Assembly: GCA_963831995.1 (NCBI GenBank)
Contig: CAWHSI010000001.1
Location: 959,637 to 1,023,636, forward strand
DNA length: 64,000 nucleotides
DNA from: an uncultured Solirubrobacterales bacterium
GTDB taxonomy: Bacteria > Actinomycetota > Thermoleophilia > Solirubrobacterales > Solirubrobacteraceae
Reading direction: 5' to 3'
Under the pieces are notes generated by a model. It did not search any database. It saw only the letters and a program-made list of their open reading frames with translations, and was not told the DNA's origin. This document shows, in pieces, positions 31,701-39,979 of the stretch. The position numbers and the translations under genes are program-made. Each line of letters begins with the position of its first letter. Position 1 is the stretch's first letter.

Positions 31701-33185
31701 GAGCAAATAGACTGATGCAGCCGTTAGGTCGGTGTGGGATATCCCTTGTCCCGTTTCGATCGCTCTGTCTTCCAAGTATGCGCGGTTTTCCTTATTGGTG
31801 GACGTGACAGTTCCGGGTTCACATGACACAGTGCATATCGTGTGCGTACTTTCACCTGAGGCCGGCTGAGCTTCTTCAGCTTCCACGCTACTGCCAGGGC
31901 TCGCAATCGACATCAAGCTTTTTAGGTAGGGCAGATCTTCCTGTTTCGTCGTAGCGGTAAACCTATAGATGTGAGATTCACCCTGAGTCGGGTACACCAC
32001 GTACCCATACTGCCCCGCGCCTGGGGATTCCACGTCGATTTCCGCCCAATCATAGTAACTAACCTGGCTAAAGGCCGAGCTATTATCCGTCGAAAAAGCC
32101 CAGTTATTGTTTTCGTGACTAAGATAGATTTTATTATCTATTATGGTAGGATCGACGACTATCGGGTCACGATATTGACCGGACTTGTGTTGAACGCTGA
32201 CTGTGATAGTATTACCGACTGACACACTCATGGACACCACGACCTGCGAACCTTCGGCGTCATACGCGCTCGGAGCAGGAATCACCGCGATCGCCTGGCC
32301 TGCATCCATCACCTCTACCGCCCCCGTGGAAACCTGTACAAGCGAGGCCCCTTCCGGCATACGGACTTTATAGTACAACTTCTGCGGCGATCGTTCGCTG
32401 CGCAGCACCGTCTCGGTACTGAACCCGTACGTATTTGGCTTGACAATAGTGTCCATGTCCAAAGATCCGCTCGACGGGGATTCGCTGTCGCCGTAGAACA
32501 CGGTCGCACCATCCACCACGCCTTCCCCACCCAGTGCTGTACCGTGTTCATCGACGGGAACCAAACCGACGTCCGAACTAGTTAGTACAGGTCCTTCCGA
32601 CAAGCGCTTCGGGATAAGCACCTGTGCGTCACTATTTGGCGTCTTCACCTGAAACCCGTGGCCGGTTTCCACCAGCCTCAGGTCGATCGGCGCATTTTGG
32701 CCTTCGTGCACTTCAGTTGCGATCGGCAGCAACGACGAGAGGCCAGCATGACGACCGTCGGAGAGTTCGACGCTGGCGGAGCTGCTTGAGGAGTAGGACA
32801 ACACGCGTGCGCCTTCAGGCAACACCGGGAAGCCGCCCGCGGGCTCATCGACCAACGCTGGGAAGGCTTCGCCATCCACACTTGCAGCCTGATCCGAACT
32901 CAACCCTTCAAACTTCGAGCCGGATTCAAGCTTTTCAGCAAGGATCTCCGGGTTTGCAGACCTCGCCTGCCTTTCTGCAGCCACCTCTTCAGGTTCCATG
33001 GGAGAGCCCACCACCGTCAGCGGATCGCCGGCCAATATCATAGAATCCGGTTCGGACGTAGCACCATCCGCGCTCGGCAAGAAAATCCAGCCTGCCACCG
33101 CTGCGACGCAAGCACACACGACGACGTACAACCAAAGCCGAGCCAACCACGCCCAACCTTTACTTCGAGACGACGCGACCCGCAT
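25797..33185 (-). CDS. secreted Rhs/YD-repeat polymorphic protein with Ig-like domains and a 6-blade NHL propeller
   Basis: N-terminal signal/TM, YD repeats, six NHL repeats (about 28930-29740), Rhs core MGARSYVPQLGRFLQSDP...NAYAYTDGDPLNTYDLTG, about 210-aa C-terminal extension. GAGGAGG RBS favours ATG 33185 over 33209. Confidence 0.93.
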   Translation of the reverse strand: MRVASSRSKGWAWLARLWLYVVVCACVAAVAGWIFLPSADGATSEPDSMILAGDPLTVVGSPMEPEEVAAERQARSANPEILAEKLESGSKFEGLSSDQAASVDGEAFPALVDEPAGGFPVLPEGARVLSYSSSSSASVELSDGRHAGLSSLLPIATEVHEGQNAPIDLRLVETGHGFQVKTPNSDAQVLIPKRLSEGPVLTSSDVGLVPVDEHGTALGGEGVVDGATVFYGDSESPSSGSLDMDTIVKPNTYGFSTETVLRSERSPQKLYYKVRMPEGASLVQVSTGAVEVMDAGQAIAVIPAPSAYDAEGSQVVVSMSVSVGNTITVSVQHKSGQYRDPIVVDPTIIDNKIYLSHENNNWAFSTDNSSAFSQVSYYDWAEIDVESPGAGQYGYVVYPTQGESHIYRFTATTKQEDLPYLKSLMSIASPGSSVEAEEAQPASGESTHTICTVSCEPGTVTSTNKENRAYLEDRAIETGQGISHTDLTAASVYLLQEKGPSVKLDTNDPTIKGVTNPLYAGTWASNKSIVGLDAFDPGLGLYGGKLKSPSKPGWELRNYEGFPSDCVGVQCNECDEDTCPTGAKGVPASIPLLDSGLPEGEDIIEGEVDDSINLKATSARMTLKLDNAPPHSIELLGLPSGNVIGDATYHFTVKATDGEGTTPSSGVKSIVVYINGHRLSEVPEAFCSSGPCTASGEWTVNGEELGAGSNTMTVVATDNAGNVAEKNFTLQVRHASPIAMGPGMVDPQSGQLVLSGGGVSMGDGLVVSDSYRSRATSGETGAFGSQWTSSLAGQQSITEQPNGSMVLVGATGAETIFDKKETGFESPRGDPNLSLSEITNEGVKELVLKNAAVSTSTGFRVPAGGTGTLWLPSVQKGVLPSETVTFSSETTSVEGKSVTRPSMVLGAVATGITCPVGKELKELKPGCRALKFVYAKGTKATGENESEWGEYDGRLKEVVFVAFEKAVMKEKPVKSFFYDKQGRLRAEWDPRISPTLKTVYGYDSEGHITAVTAPGQETWAFVYGTTVQDLGAGRVLKTAQAPVTAPLWAGALPVNTEAPKLSGTPVVKNRMAVSYGVWTGSPVVYGYQWYDCNATGGECVPIGGATNANYTPTNGDIGHTLRATVTATNGGGSVNATAVTSEEVGQPVYSLQTGSAGSGAGQFKSPQGIAVDPKGNVWVVDSGNDRVEEFNEKGEYIRTVGSKGTGNGQFEDPTGIAADSKGNVWVTDTGNYRVEEFNEKGEYVKQLGYKGTIAGAFEWPFGITVDPKGNVWVTDLVKDSLEEFNKKGEWEVEITQIADPCGIAADSEGNVWLTGCGNDSIEEYNAQDQYVRQFGSKGSGPGQLEDPIGIAIGPSGTVWVADYEDGRIQEFTSTGEYMLTVGSKGKGNGQTEDADGIAVDAKGDLWAGDIGDDRIEKWVPPTVVEGQAVAPQPGSTIEYNVPISGSGAPHAMGAKEVEEGWAQKDDPTEASAIFPPDEPQSWPATSYKRATIYYRDSTGRTVNVAMPTEGISTSEYNSSNDVVRTLSADNRTLALKEAKPAEAAKLLDTQNTYNTEGTELLSTLGPRHLVKLGNGKEVQARSHTDYEYDLNAPSEDGPYRLVTKMTQGAQTESEGEQDVRTVATSYSGQGNLGWKLRKPTSVTSDPSGLKITHTTLYEEMTGSVMETRMPKSTGAESPHDTKTVYYTAGPDAGSPQCGEHPEWATLVCETLPGKQPNVAGAPNLPVDTTTAYNIYGEPLTGTSKASVCVKVAAGKGKYTNDNCTSSGTGEYEMQESTRTTTETYDEAGRLTTSETSGVVGKALPKVTYKYNEATGALDEQSTSSESLKSTYNKVGELTGYTDAVGDTTTYEYEGEGSYEGEKEKDGRLRHASNAEGTETLSYNGTTGLLDEAAISGIGTFAATYDVEGNLASETYPNGMVAAYTENPAGERVGLVYKKETHCTENCEWFKDTAVPTIHGQWSVQTSSLGKDTYAYDTIGRLVEATQTPVGKGCVTRRYAYDEDTNRTSLTTYPPNGKNECATESSVVEKHTYDEADQLTDAGVAYEPFGETAKLPAGDAGGSELSSGFYVDGQLATQEQNGQAIGYNLDPSGRASEIVSTGKIDATETLHYTGPDDTVAWTSELSGSTTRDINVLGGLVATQYDAEVPVLQLTNLHGDIVATAQDSETTSKLASTIAEPTEFGVPATEAPPKYSWLGSHEIRTELPSGVQAMGARSYVPQLGRFLQSDPVSGGSGNAYAYTDGDPLNTYDLTGDYTATIDEFDEKYVGGRASEAAAVRAAEIRAAEEAAARAEAERQAAEAAQQAAAYAAMYGSEAEGEEWEEEWWEEESEDEEAAYHPGTKGQAEAHTEEGMLYQPLGTEGTGEGASLLGSVVPLCVADSDGPCAHFEVMTHHFSPRQFRITCRVVAALAIGCGGDDFMERQHEYEMAHPPAVTVEARPGGGSGEEDAEDLMLESSFDDGD

Positions 33186-33217
33186 GTCGAGACCCTCCTC
33201 AACTAACATGATATTTT

Positions 33218-33247
33218 GCTTTTACTAATGAGTCATAATGTTTGCAA
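33218..33247 (-). promoter_or_regulatory. candidate rhs promoter with an imperfect palindrome in the spacer
   Basis: Minus strand TTGCAA, 17 bp, TAAAAG (weak -10); the spacer contains TTATGACTCATTA. Confidence 0.35.
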
Positions 33248-33272
33248 CGGCACTCGGCGTTGCCACCGTTGC

Positions 33273-33851
33273 TTATTTTGAGAGATAAGTGCGTTCGGCC
33301 TTTCGCTCATGTTTTGTTCCGCCATTGCGGCTTTTGGCGTCGGGAAGATAGCTTTCCCACCGTCGGGCGAGCTGATAGCGACGGTCATCGCGCTCTTCGA
33401 GAACACCGAGGGCCACCCATGTCCTCAAATATCGCCAGAGGGTCGTAGATCCGATCCCAAGTTCCTCGGCCAAGCTGTTAACGCCGTGTGACTCGCCGGA
33501 AGCAAACGCGCTCAAGACCAACAGACTTCGGACAACTGACTGCGAGAGCCGACGCGAGCGGAGGACCGGATCGTGCGCGAGATGCTCGAGCCTCGCGGGT
33601 TTGCCTGCGCCATTCAAGGCCAAGATCACACCCAACAGCCCGCCCCCACCCTTGCGACTCGCCGCCTCCTGTTGCACCAAATCCTGGACCTGCCCGTAAG
33701 ACAGAACGAGCGAGAACTGTGGCCCAGACTTCTCCGCCGTCACGACGGCTCCCGTGCAGATCCTCTCGTCCGTGGGTGAAATCTTGCCTGATCGGTCTGC
33801 ATGGTGTAGTTGTCGCGTTCGTCCCATCGATCGAATCGTGAACGATTCCAC
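33273..33851 (-). CDS. DNA-binding protein with C-terminal IclR-type winged HTH and no IclR effector domain
   Basis: SQSVVRSLLVLSAF...GVNSLAEELGIGSTTLWRYLRTWVALGVLE...RYQL. The start may be ATG 33828. Confidence 0.8.
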   Translation of the reverse strand: MESFTIRSMGRTRQLHHADRSGKISPTDERICTGAVVTAEKSGPQFSLVLSYGQVQDLVQQEAASRKGGGGLLGVILALNGAGKPARLEHLAHDPVLRSRRLSQSVVRSLLVLSAFASGESHGVNSLAEELGIGSTTLWRYLRTWVALGVLEERDDRRYQLARRWESYLPDAKSRNGGTKHERKAERTYLSK

Positions 33852-33871
33852 GGCCCGATATAAGGTGTGCG

Positions 33872-33915
33872 CTGAATATTCGGACCGCTGAATAATCGGC
33901 CCGGCGACTATTCAG
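33872..33915. promoter_or_regulatory. triple CTGAATAnTCG box (two direct, one inverted), candidate operator
   Basis: CTGAATATTCG 33872-33882, CTGAATAATCG 33888-33898, CGACTATTCAG 33905-33915 (reverse complement CTGAATAGTCG). Confidence 0.6.
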
Positions 33916-33923
33916 GGGCGTGA

Positions 33924-35042
33924 CTACCGGTGTCGTTCGTCCCGCGGGAGCCGACGCAAGCGCATCGCCGCCCGCATCGGTCGCGCGATGGGTCCGATCG
34001 AGCGCATCAAGTCGTCGGCGACTTGAGCCGCGAAGCCAGCAGTTACCGATGAGGATGAGAGGTAGAACGCGACGATCCCGTAGAGAATCACGATGTGGCG
34101 GCGGCGATTGTGCAGTCTGCCAACCTGCTCGACTGCGTCCCCCACTACCGCCGCCAGGCGCTCGGCTGCGTGCGCACTGTCCCGGTAGCGAGCTGTAAAG
34201 CTATGGTTCGTTGTGCTGGCGTCGCTGTCGTGGTCAGCGAGGCTGTCGAGCAAGGCGCTAATCGCGCAGATTGGCGGGAAGTAGGCTGAGTCGAGCCTAG
34301 CTGCGTCTCGAACGGTGCCCCTTGGCTCTGCCGCAAGACCAAACAGAGCGTGGATCGCCAGACATGAGATTCCACCCGCCGCAACCTCCCACCACAGGTA
34401 GTCGCGTCCAGGCACCTGGTCACGGCACCAGTCGATCATTCCTCGCTCCTCTCCGATGGCAAGCGCGTGGTTGTGACTTTGGGCCCAGCCGCAGCGTTCG
34501 GTCGCCCCTGCTAGCATGGGCGCGATCACGGCCGTCGAGGGTAGGCTCCAGACGATACTTTTGCACGCGGTGACGAGCGTTTGAACGTAGCCACCGTCTT
34601 GCGATGCTGGATTGTGCTTATAATAATCGCGCGGTGGTAGATCCGACACAACCGCATCGGTGAGCGCATTATGTAGTCGCAGCCCATTTCGAAGGTCCGT
34701 GGACCCGGGCAGCTCGTTGACGGCGTCGAGATAGTCGTACAAGAGTTGGAAAGCGACGATCAATCGTATAACGCTGGTTCGTTCATGACGGGGTGCGAGC
34801 ACCGCGAAAAAGGCGGCTGCCTCGGGGTTCAGTCGCTCGACTGTCAGCTTGTTAAGCGCCTGCTCGCGCAGCACCGGATCTGGAATGCCTCGCGCGTACG
34901 TTTCCCATCTCGAAAGCTCGTGCCGTACACGAGGATAGATGCTGAACCAGTAGATAACGCTCAAGCCGAACAGCAATATCGCAGTGTCTAGGCTTGACCC
35001 TATAGGCGACCTGTCATGTCCTTGACGCCCGTTTGTATTCAC
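33924..35042 (-). CDS. DUF2600 / tetraprenyl-beta-curcumene synthase (YtpB)-like terpene cyclase
   Basis: YPRVRHELSRW...IPDPVLREQAL, IVAFQLLYDYLDAVNE, DGGYVQTLVTAC, WWEVAAGGISCL, YFPPICAISALLDSLAD parallel the Bacillus YtpB motifs. Confidence 0.85.
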   Translation of the reverse strand: MNTNGRQGHDRSPIGSSLDTAILLFGLSVIYWFSIYPRVRHELSRWETYARGIPDPVLREQALNKLTVERLNPEAAAFFAVLAPRHERTSVIRLIVAFQLLYDYLDAVNELPGSTDLRNGLRLHNALTDAVVSDLPPRDYYKHNPASQDGGYVQTLVTACKSIVWSLPSTAVIAPMLAGATERCGWAQSHNHALAIGEERGMIDWCRDQVPGRDYLWWEVAAGGISCLAIHALFGLAAEPRGTVRDAARLDSAYFPPICAISALLDSLADHDSDASTTNHSFTARYRDSAHAAERLAAVVGDAVEQVGRLHNRRRHIVILYGIVAFYLSSSSVTAGFAAQVADDLMRSIGPIARPMRAAMRLRRLPRDERHR

Positions 35043-35074
35043 TGCGACGCTGCCGATCCAGCTTCTCGGCCTAT

Positions 35075-37633
35075 CTACTCTTGAAGTGCCAAACTAGGCG
35101 ACACGCGCGATACCACGTAACCAGGCACCGCGAGAACAATCAGCGCGACGGCAACGACAGCAGCCACCGTCTCGACTGTTTGTGGTGCAGCGATGGAGAA
35201 TGGCGCAGGGAAGCCAGTCACGAGCCTCAGGTAGCGATCGATCAAAGCGTGACCATACGTGCCGACCAAGGCCCCGACCAAGCATCCGGCGCCGAGTACA
35301 AGACCGGACTCATACAGCAGTATCGCGCGTAGCTGAGACGGCTGAAAGCTCTGCATCCGGAGCGATGCGAGCGAGCGACGTCTTTGCCAGATCGAGGCTC
35401 CCATTGCGGCCGCCATCGCGAGCGCTGCGGCGACTATCAACAGTAGCGATATCTGGTTCAGGCGACTGAGTCCTTCCCGCGCAACCGCGTCGGCCTGAGC
35501 CGCCCGCTCGGTGCTCGTCTGTACCTCAAGCCCACCGTAGCCGCCGATGGCGCTTCGCACGGCCCGCTGCACCACAGTCGGGCTTGAGGTGGACGCTATG
35601 TCTATTTCGAGAGCCGTCGGATCGCTCGTCGCCCAAGCCCTACGATAGTCGGTATCGTTGAGTATGATTGCACCGGCCGACCAGCCAAGATTGGTTGTCG
35701 TAGCGGCTATCCGATAGCCGACCGGACCCGTGGGCGTCGGCAGCGTGAGCACCTGTCCGAGCTTCAGCCGATCTGCCTGCGCAATCTGTTGAGAGATGGC
35801 GATCCATCCACCGGCACGCAGGCGGGATGTCGCGAACGCAGCACTTCCCTGCACGATCTGACTTGCGGATAGCATCTGATGCACCTTCGGCGACCTCGCG
35901 ATGACCCACACTCGACGACCTCCAATGTCTAGAAATCCGCCTTGATAGGACCGCACCGCGACTACATCGTGGAGATGGGCTATACGAGCGCTGAGTTCGC
36001 CCCTGGGGAAGCTATTGGTTGCAAGTACATCGCCCCGATTCGTCACCCACAAGCTGGCCGTGGATACGTACTGGGCATAGGAACCATACAACCCGTTCAG
36101 TAGGTCTCGATGAGCGCCCTCGGCGGCGACGCTGCCGAAGAGCGCGATGGCTCCCGTTGCGGCGAGCGCCAGAGCCCTCACAGTCGTGGCTCGCAATGCT
36201 CGAGTCGCGACCAGCAGCATGTTCAACCGGCGGGTCTTTGCCGCAATCCACTCGCCCGCCCCCACGACAGCAGTGAAACCAAACGGGATCGCCAACAAAG
36301 CGGCAAATGCGAGCCCCGCTATCACGCCAACCGCAGCATCGGGACCAAGCACCAGCAGCGCTCCCTCACTCGTGCCAACCAGCGCCACCGCAGCTCCGAA
36401 GAGCCATGCACGCGAGCGAATCGACATCGCATGGCCGGGCTCGCCCCCTTCAAAGTACACGCCATCAACGGCACGTGCGCGACGCAAATCCAGCAACGGC
36501 GGGCCAGCGGCCAAGCAGGTCGCGACAATTCCGCCGACGATAGAGAACGCGACGGGCTTCCAACCGATCACGGTCTGTGTGCCAAGCGGGAACGCCGCAG
36601 CGAGATAGCCGGGCGTCTCGTGGAAGATGCCGCGGGACAACACGTCCCCGATGAACACGCCAGCGATAGAGGCGACAAACCCCAGGCACAACGACTGAAA
36701 CATGAGCAACTTGACGAGGTCTCTCGGCCGCGCTCCCCCCATGCGCAAGTCGGCGATTACGCGCCTGCGCTCCGGTGCGCTCAGCAACATTGCGTTGAAC
36801 GCGAGTAGCATTCCGACGAGGGCGCTGACAGCCGCAAAGAAGCCAGTCGCCTGAGCGTTTGGGATCGTCGCCTGTTTGAGAAGCCGGACATCCTCGGTTG
36901 CCGGCGACACCGTCAGACGCCCCGCGGCGAGCGTTTCAAGCTCGTGCCGCACCTGCCGCTGCGCTCCCCTTCTCGTCTCAACCAGCACGCTGCTGACGCG
37001 ATCTTGTAGCCCGGCAATTTGTTGAAGCAACCGCAACGGTACGATGGCAGCCATCGCGTTGGACAGGTCGCCAACGGTGTCGGGTCCGAGTACGACACTG
37101 ACCTTGACCGCCACCGCGCGCCCATGCACCAGCAGCGAAACCAGGGGCGAGGGCTTCGATATCCCCGAACCCAGCGTTGTCGAGACGCCAAGCGCGTGGG
37201 CCGTGGCGCTTGGGAGCATCACCGCGTCTGACGAGAGCTTTTCCAACGGTATGCTCCGGGCCAGCCCATCGAGTGCGGCAAGCGTCGGTGCGGCACTCAC
37301 AATCTGGACCGATACGCTGCGACCGTGAGCACCTTGTACCGTCCCATTGAGTTCGAGGACCGGGGCGACCTGCTCGACACCGGGAAGAGCACCGACGCGT
37401 TCCACCAACTGCTGATTGAAACCCGAAGAGCCGCGCGCACTCAACTGCAGGTCCGCCGCGCCGACGATGCTTTGAACGATCTCGCTGCTCCCGCTCGTGA
37501 TGCTGCTGTTGGCAACCTGCACGGCGAATACGAGCGCCACGCCGATCGCGATACCAGCCCCGGCAAGTAGTTCCTGAACCGGATACGTACGAAGACGGCG
37601 ACCGTAGAAATAGGTGAGCGCCGAGAACCTCAC
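35075..37633 (-). CDS. MacB/FtsX-type ABC permease (two FtsX modules)
   Basis: GIAIGVALVFAV, large extracytoplasmic domains, ERRRVIADLRMGGA and QRRRSLASLRMQ repeats, multiple TM segments; GTG 37633. Confidence 0.9.
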   Translation of the reverse strand: MRFSALTYFYGRRLRTYPVQELLAGAGIAIGVALVFAVQVANSSITSGSSEIVQSIVGAADLQLSARGSSGFNQQLVERVGALPGVEQVAPVLELNGTVQGAHGRSVSVQIVSAAPTLAALDGLARSIPLEKLSSDAVMLPSATAHALGVSTTLGSGISKPSPLVSLLVHGRAVAVKVSVVLGPDTVGDLSNAMAAIVPLRLLQQIAGLQDRVSSVLVETRRGAQRQVRHELETLAAGRLTVSPATEDVRLLKQATIPNAQATGFFAAVSALVGMLLAFNAMLLSAPERRRVIADLRMGGARPRDLVKLLMFQSLCLGFVASIAGVFIGDVLSRGIFHETPGYLAAAFPLGTQTVIGWKPVAFSIVGGIVATCLAAGPPLLDLRRARAVDGVYFEGGEPGHAMSIRSRAWLFGAAVALVGTSEGALLVLGPDAAVGVIAGLAFAALLAIPFGFTAVVGAGEWIAAKTRRLNMLLVATRALRATTVRALALAATGAIALFGSVAAEGAHRDLLNGLYGSYAQYVSTASLWVTNRGDVLATNSFPRGELSARIAHLHDVVAVRSYQGGFLDIGGRRVWVIARSPKVHQMLSASQIVQGSAAFATSRLRAGGWIAISQQIAQADRLKLGQVLTLPTPTGPVGYRIAATTTNLGWSAGAIILNDTDYRRAWATSDPTALEIDIASTSSPTVVQRAVRSAIGGYGGLEVQTSTERAAQADAVAREGLSRLNQISLLLIVAAALAMAAAMGASIWQRRRSLASLRMQSFQPSQLRAILLYESGLVLGAGCLVGALVGTYGHALIDRYLRLVTGFPAPFSIAAPQTVETVAAVVAVALIVLAVPGYVVSRVSPSLALQE

Positions 37634-37637
37634 ACGC

Positions 37638-38375
37638 TCACCCGATCCCGCGGGCCAAACGAGTCGACAGCGCTGGGATATCGTCAAGCTCAGCGGCAAA
37701 CTCGCCCTCGAGGAGCTTGCCGTCGCGCAACCCGTACACTCGGTCGGCGATCCTCGCGGCCTGTGGATCGTGGGTCACGAGCAATACAGCCGCACGCTGG
37801 TCGTGGGCGATGCCGGACAGCAACCTGAGTATCTCACGCCCACGTCGCGTATCGAGACTGCCAGTGGGCTCATCGGCGAGAATCAGCCGTGGATCGTTGA
37901 CGAGCGCTCGAGCGATTGCCACGCGCTGGCGCTCTCCCCCAGACAGTCGCTCTGGAACGTTATCCAGGCGATGAGCGAGCCCAACCCGCTCAAGCCAGTT
38001 CGCAGCCGCGCTTCGAGCGTCCTTCAGGGAGACGCCGTCCGCCAATAGCTTTACAGCGGCATTCTCCGTAGCTGGCACTCCATTCATCAAATGGAAGGAC
38101 TGGTATATGAAGCCGACGTCGCGCCGCTGATAGTCGGCGATCTCGCTGCCGGACATGTTCGCCAGATCATTGCCGGCGAACAGAACCCGCCCCTCGTCTG
38201 GATTGAGCAGCGCCGCGGCAAGCAGTAGCAGCGTCGTCTTACCCGAGCCTGACGGACCATAAAGTGCGAGCATCTCCCCTGCGTCGATCGAGACGCTCAC
38301 CCGGTCGACCGCACGCACAACCTCCTCGACATCCGTGTACCGCTTGACAACCCCCTCGAACCGAAGGACGCTCAC
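37638..38375 (-). CDS. ABC ATPase, LolD/MacB type, intact motifs
   Basis: GPSGSGKTT, GFIYQSF, LSGGERQRVAIARAL, ILADEPTGSLD, VTHD. Confidence 0.93.
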   Translation of the reverse strand: MSVLRFEGVVKRYTDVEEVVRAVDRVSVSIDAGEMLALYGPSGSGKTTLLLLAAALLNPDEGRVLFAGNDLANMSGSEIADYQRRDVGFIYQSFHLMNGVPATENAAVKLLADGVSLKDARSAAANWLERVGLAHRLDNVPERLSGGERQRVAIARALVNDPRLILADEPTGSLDTRRGREILRLLSGIAHDQRAAVLLVTHDPQAARIADRVYGLRDGKLLEGEFAAELDDIPALSTRLARGIG

Positions 38376-38397
38376 GCTGATTTCCCTACGCGCCGGC

Positions 38398-39132
38398 TCA
38401 TCCAGCGTCAGCTGACTCAGCCGCAAGCCTAAGAGTGGCAACAGGCAGACGAATGATGTCGGCCTCGGAGGACTGCACCTCCCCACGAAGCTCGCCCTCA
38501 TCGAGCGCCATAACACGATCGACTCCGGACAGGCACATGGCGTCAGCAGTGCTCATCAGAACGGCGACGCCACTGTCTGCAATCGTTCGCAACAGGCGCA
38601 GAATCGGATCGCTGTCGAGCTGGCCTACCGCAACTGTCGGCTCGTCGATGACGAGGAGCGTCGGCGACGCGATCATCGCTCGGGCGATGCCGACGCGTAC
38701 GCACTCCGTTCCGTCCAGCTCATGTGGCTTCAGATGAGCACGGTCGGCCACACCCATTCGCGAGAGCACCTCCTCGGCGACCCGTCTCGCCGAAGGGAGC
38801 ACGGCGCCCTGCGCGAGCAAGCCGGTCGCCACGTGGTCGAGGACACACTCGCCCTCCAACTCCGAGAACGACGTGCGACAATAAGCGACGCGCCGCCCGA
38901 TTGCACTGCTCGCGGAGACGAGTTCGACCCCCTCGAGCCAGACGGTGCCCTCGTCGGGAAGCTCAAGTCCCGCAACTATCCGGAGCAGCGTGCTTCGTCC
39001 TGACTTGCGCGGCCCGAACACACAGACCAGCTCTCCCGACTCGACCGACAACGATACGTCTCGAAGGGCAACACGCTCGCGGCGACCGTGACGGTAACGC
39101 TTGCTGACGCCCTGGAGCGAGAGCAGACTCAC
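38398..39132 (-). CDS. ABC ATPase-like protein with degenerate motifs
   Basis: Walker A GPRKSGRST (Lys to Arg), signature LDGTE, Walker B VIDEPT, H-loop replaced by STAD; GTGA-coupled to padR. Confidence 0.85.
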   Translation of the reverse strand: MSLLSLQGVSKRYRHGRRERVALRDVSLSVESGELVCVFGPRKSGRSTLLRIVAGLELPDEGTVWLEGVELVSASSAIGRRVAYCRTSFSELEGECVLDHVATGLLAQGAVLPSARRVAEEVLSRMGVADRAHLKPHELDGTECVRVGIARAMIASPTLLVIDEPTVAVGQLDSDPILRLLRTIADSGVAVLMSTADAMCLSGVDRVMALDEGELRGEVQSSEADIIRLPVATLRLAAESADAG

Positions 39133-39791
39133 GACTGCCTCGCACGTTCCGCTGCCAGACGAGGTGCTTGAGCCTTGAGTACCCGACGAGCATGGGTTGC
39201 CCAATCGATGCGACCCCGTACCTCACGACGCCGTTGATCCAATACCAGCAACTCGACGAGCTCGGCAACCCCAAGATCATTATGCTCGGGATCCGATGCC
39301 GGCAGGGCCTTCATTTCCCGCACGCAGTCAGCCTCATAGCGGTCGATCACGTCCAACACCGCATCCACACCGAGGAAGCAGACCGACACGACGCGCACGA
39401 GCAACTCCAGGCGCTCAGGATCCTCCCTCATACGCCCGGCCACCCAGCGGCGGAACGCCTTCGCGCCTCCCGTCGTCACGCGATAGCTACGCCTCGACTC
39501 ATGCTGTCTGCGAGCATGGCCGGACGGCTCGATGTCGATCCTTTCGATCATCCCGCCAGCCTGCAAACGGCTGAGAATCCCGTACATACTCGACTTGCTC
39601 GTCGGCAACAGCGCACTCAATCGCTGCTCAAAACGCGCGTAGATCTCATAGCCGTGGCTCGGCTGTTCGAGCACCAATGCCAGCACGAGCCATGCTCTGG
39701 GCGAGATCGTGCTCTCAGCGACCAGTTCCGCTAAGCCGGTCTCTGCTGTCGAGTGTCGACGCTCGCCTCGTCCCTCGCCCGTCGCTCCCAT
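39129..39791 (-). CDS. PadR family transcriptional regulator
   Basis: VLALVLEQPSHGYEI, SMYGILSRL, RRSYRVTTGG..AFRRW, helical C-terminal domain. Confidence 0.88.
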   Translation of the reverse strand: MGATGEGRGERRHSTAETGLAELVAESTISPRAWLVLALVLEQPSHGYEIYARFEQRLSALLPTSKSSMYGILSRLQAGGMIERIDIEPSGHARRQHESRRSYRVTTGGAKAFRRWVAGRMREDPERLELLVRVVSVCFLGVDAVLDVIDRYEADCVREMKALPASDPEHNDLGVAELVELLVLDQRRREVRGRIDWATHARRVLKAQAPRLAAERARQS

Positions 39792-39979
39792 ACCGATCGC
39801 CAGGTTATCGAAATCCCAGATAGTGCGCTTTAGAAGTCAAAGATAGCCCATATTCCAACTTCTGCTACCGCGAGTCTAGGACTGTTTCCCATTCGCCCGG
39901 CGCCCTGCTCTCCATCTGTGTAGCGAGAGGACGTCCAGAGCCGCCGACATAGACCGCCGGGACATCGAGGTTGTGCGTT

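Larger units (their letters stand above)
19950..39900. other. lower-GC accessory island (Rhs polymorphic locus plus regulator/ABC/terpene-cyclase module)
   Basis: Visibly more A/T and A/T-ending codons than the flanks, most strongly at 22.5-33.3 kb; IS and gene remnants at the left edge, TA genes at the right edge. Boundaries approximate. Confidence 0.75.

Noticed and set aside
25797-33185. Rhs as a T6SS or T7SS effector
   Set aside because: No PAAR, VgrG, WXG or LXG region; it has an N-terminal signal/TM segment instead.
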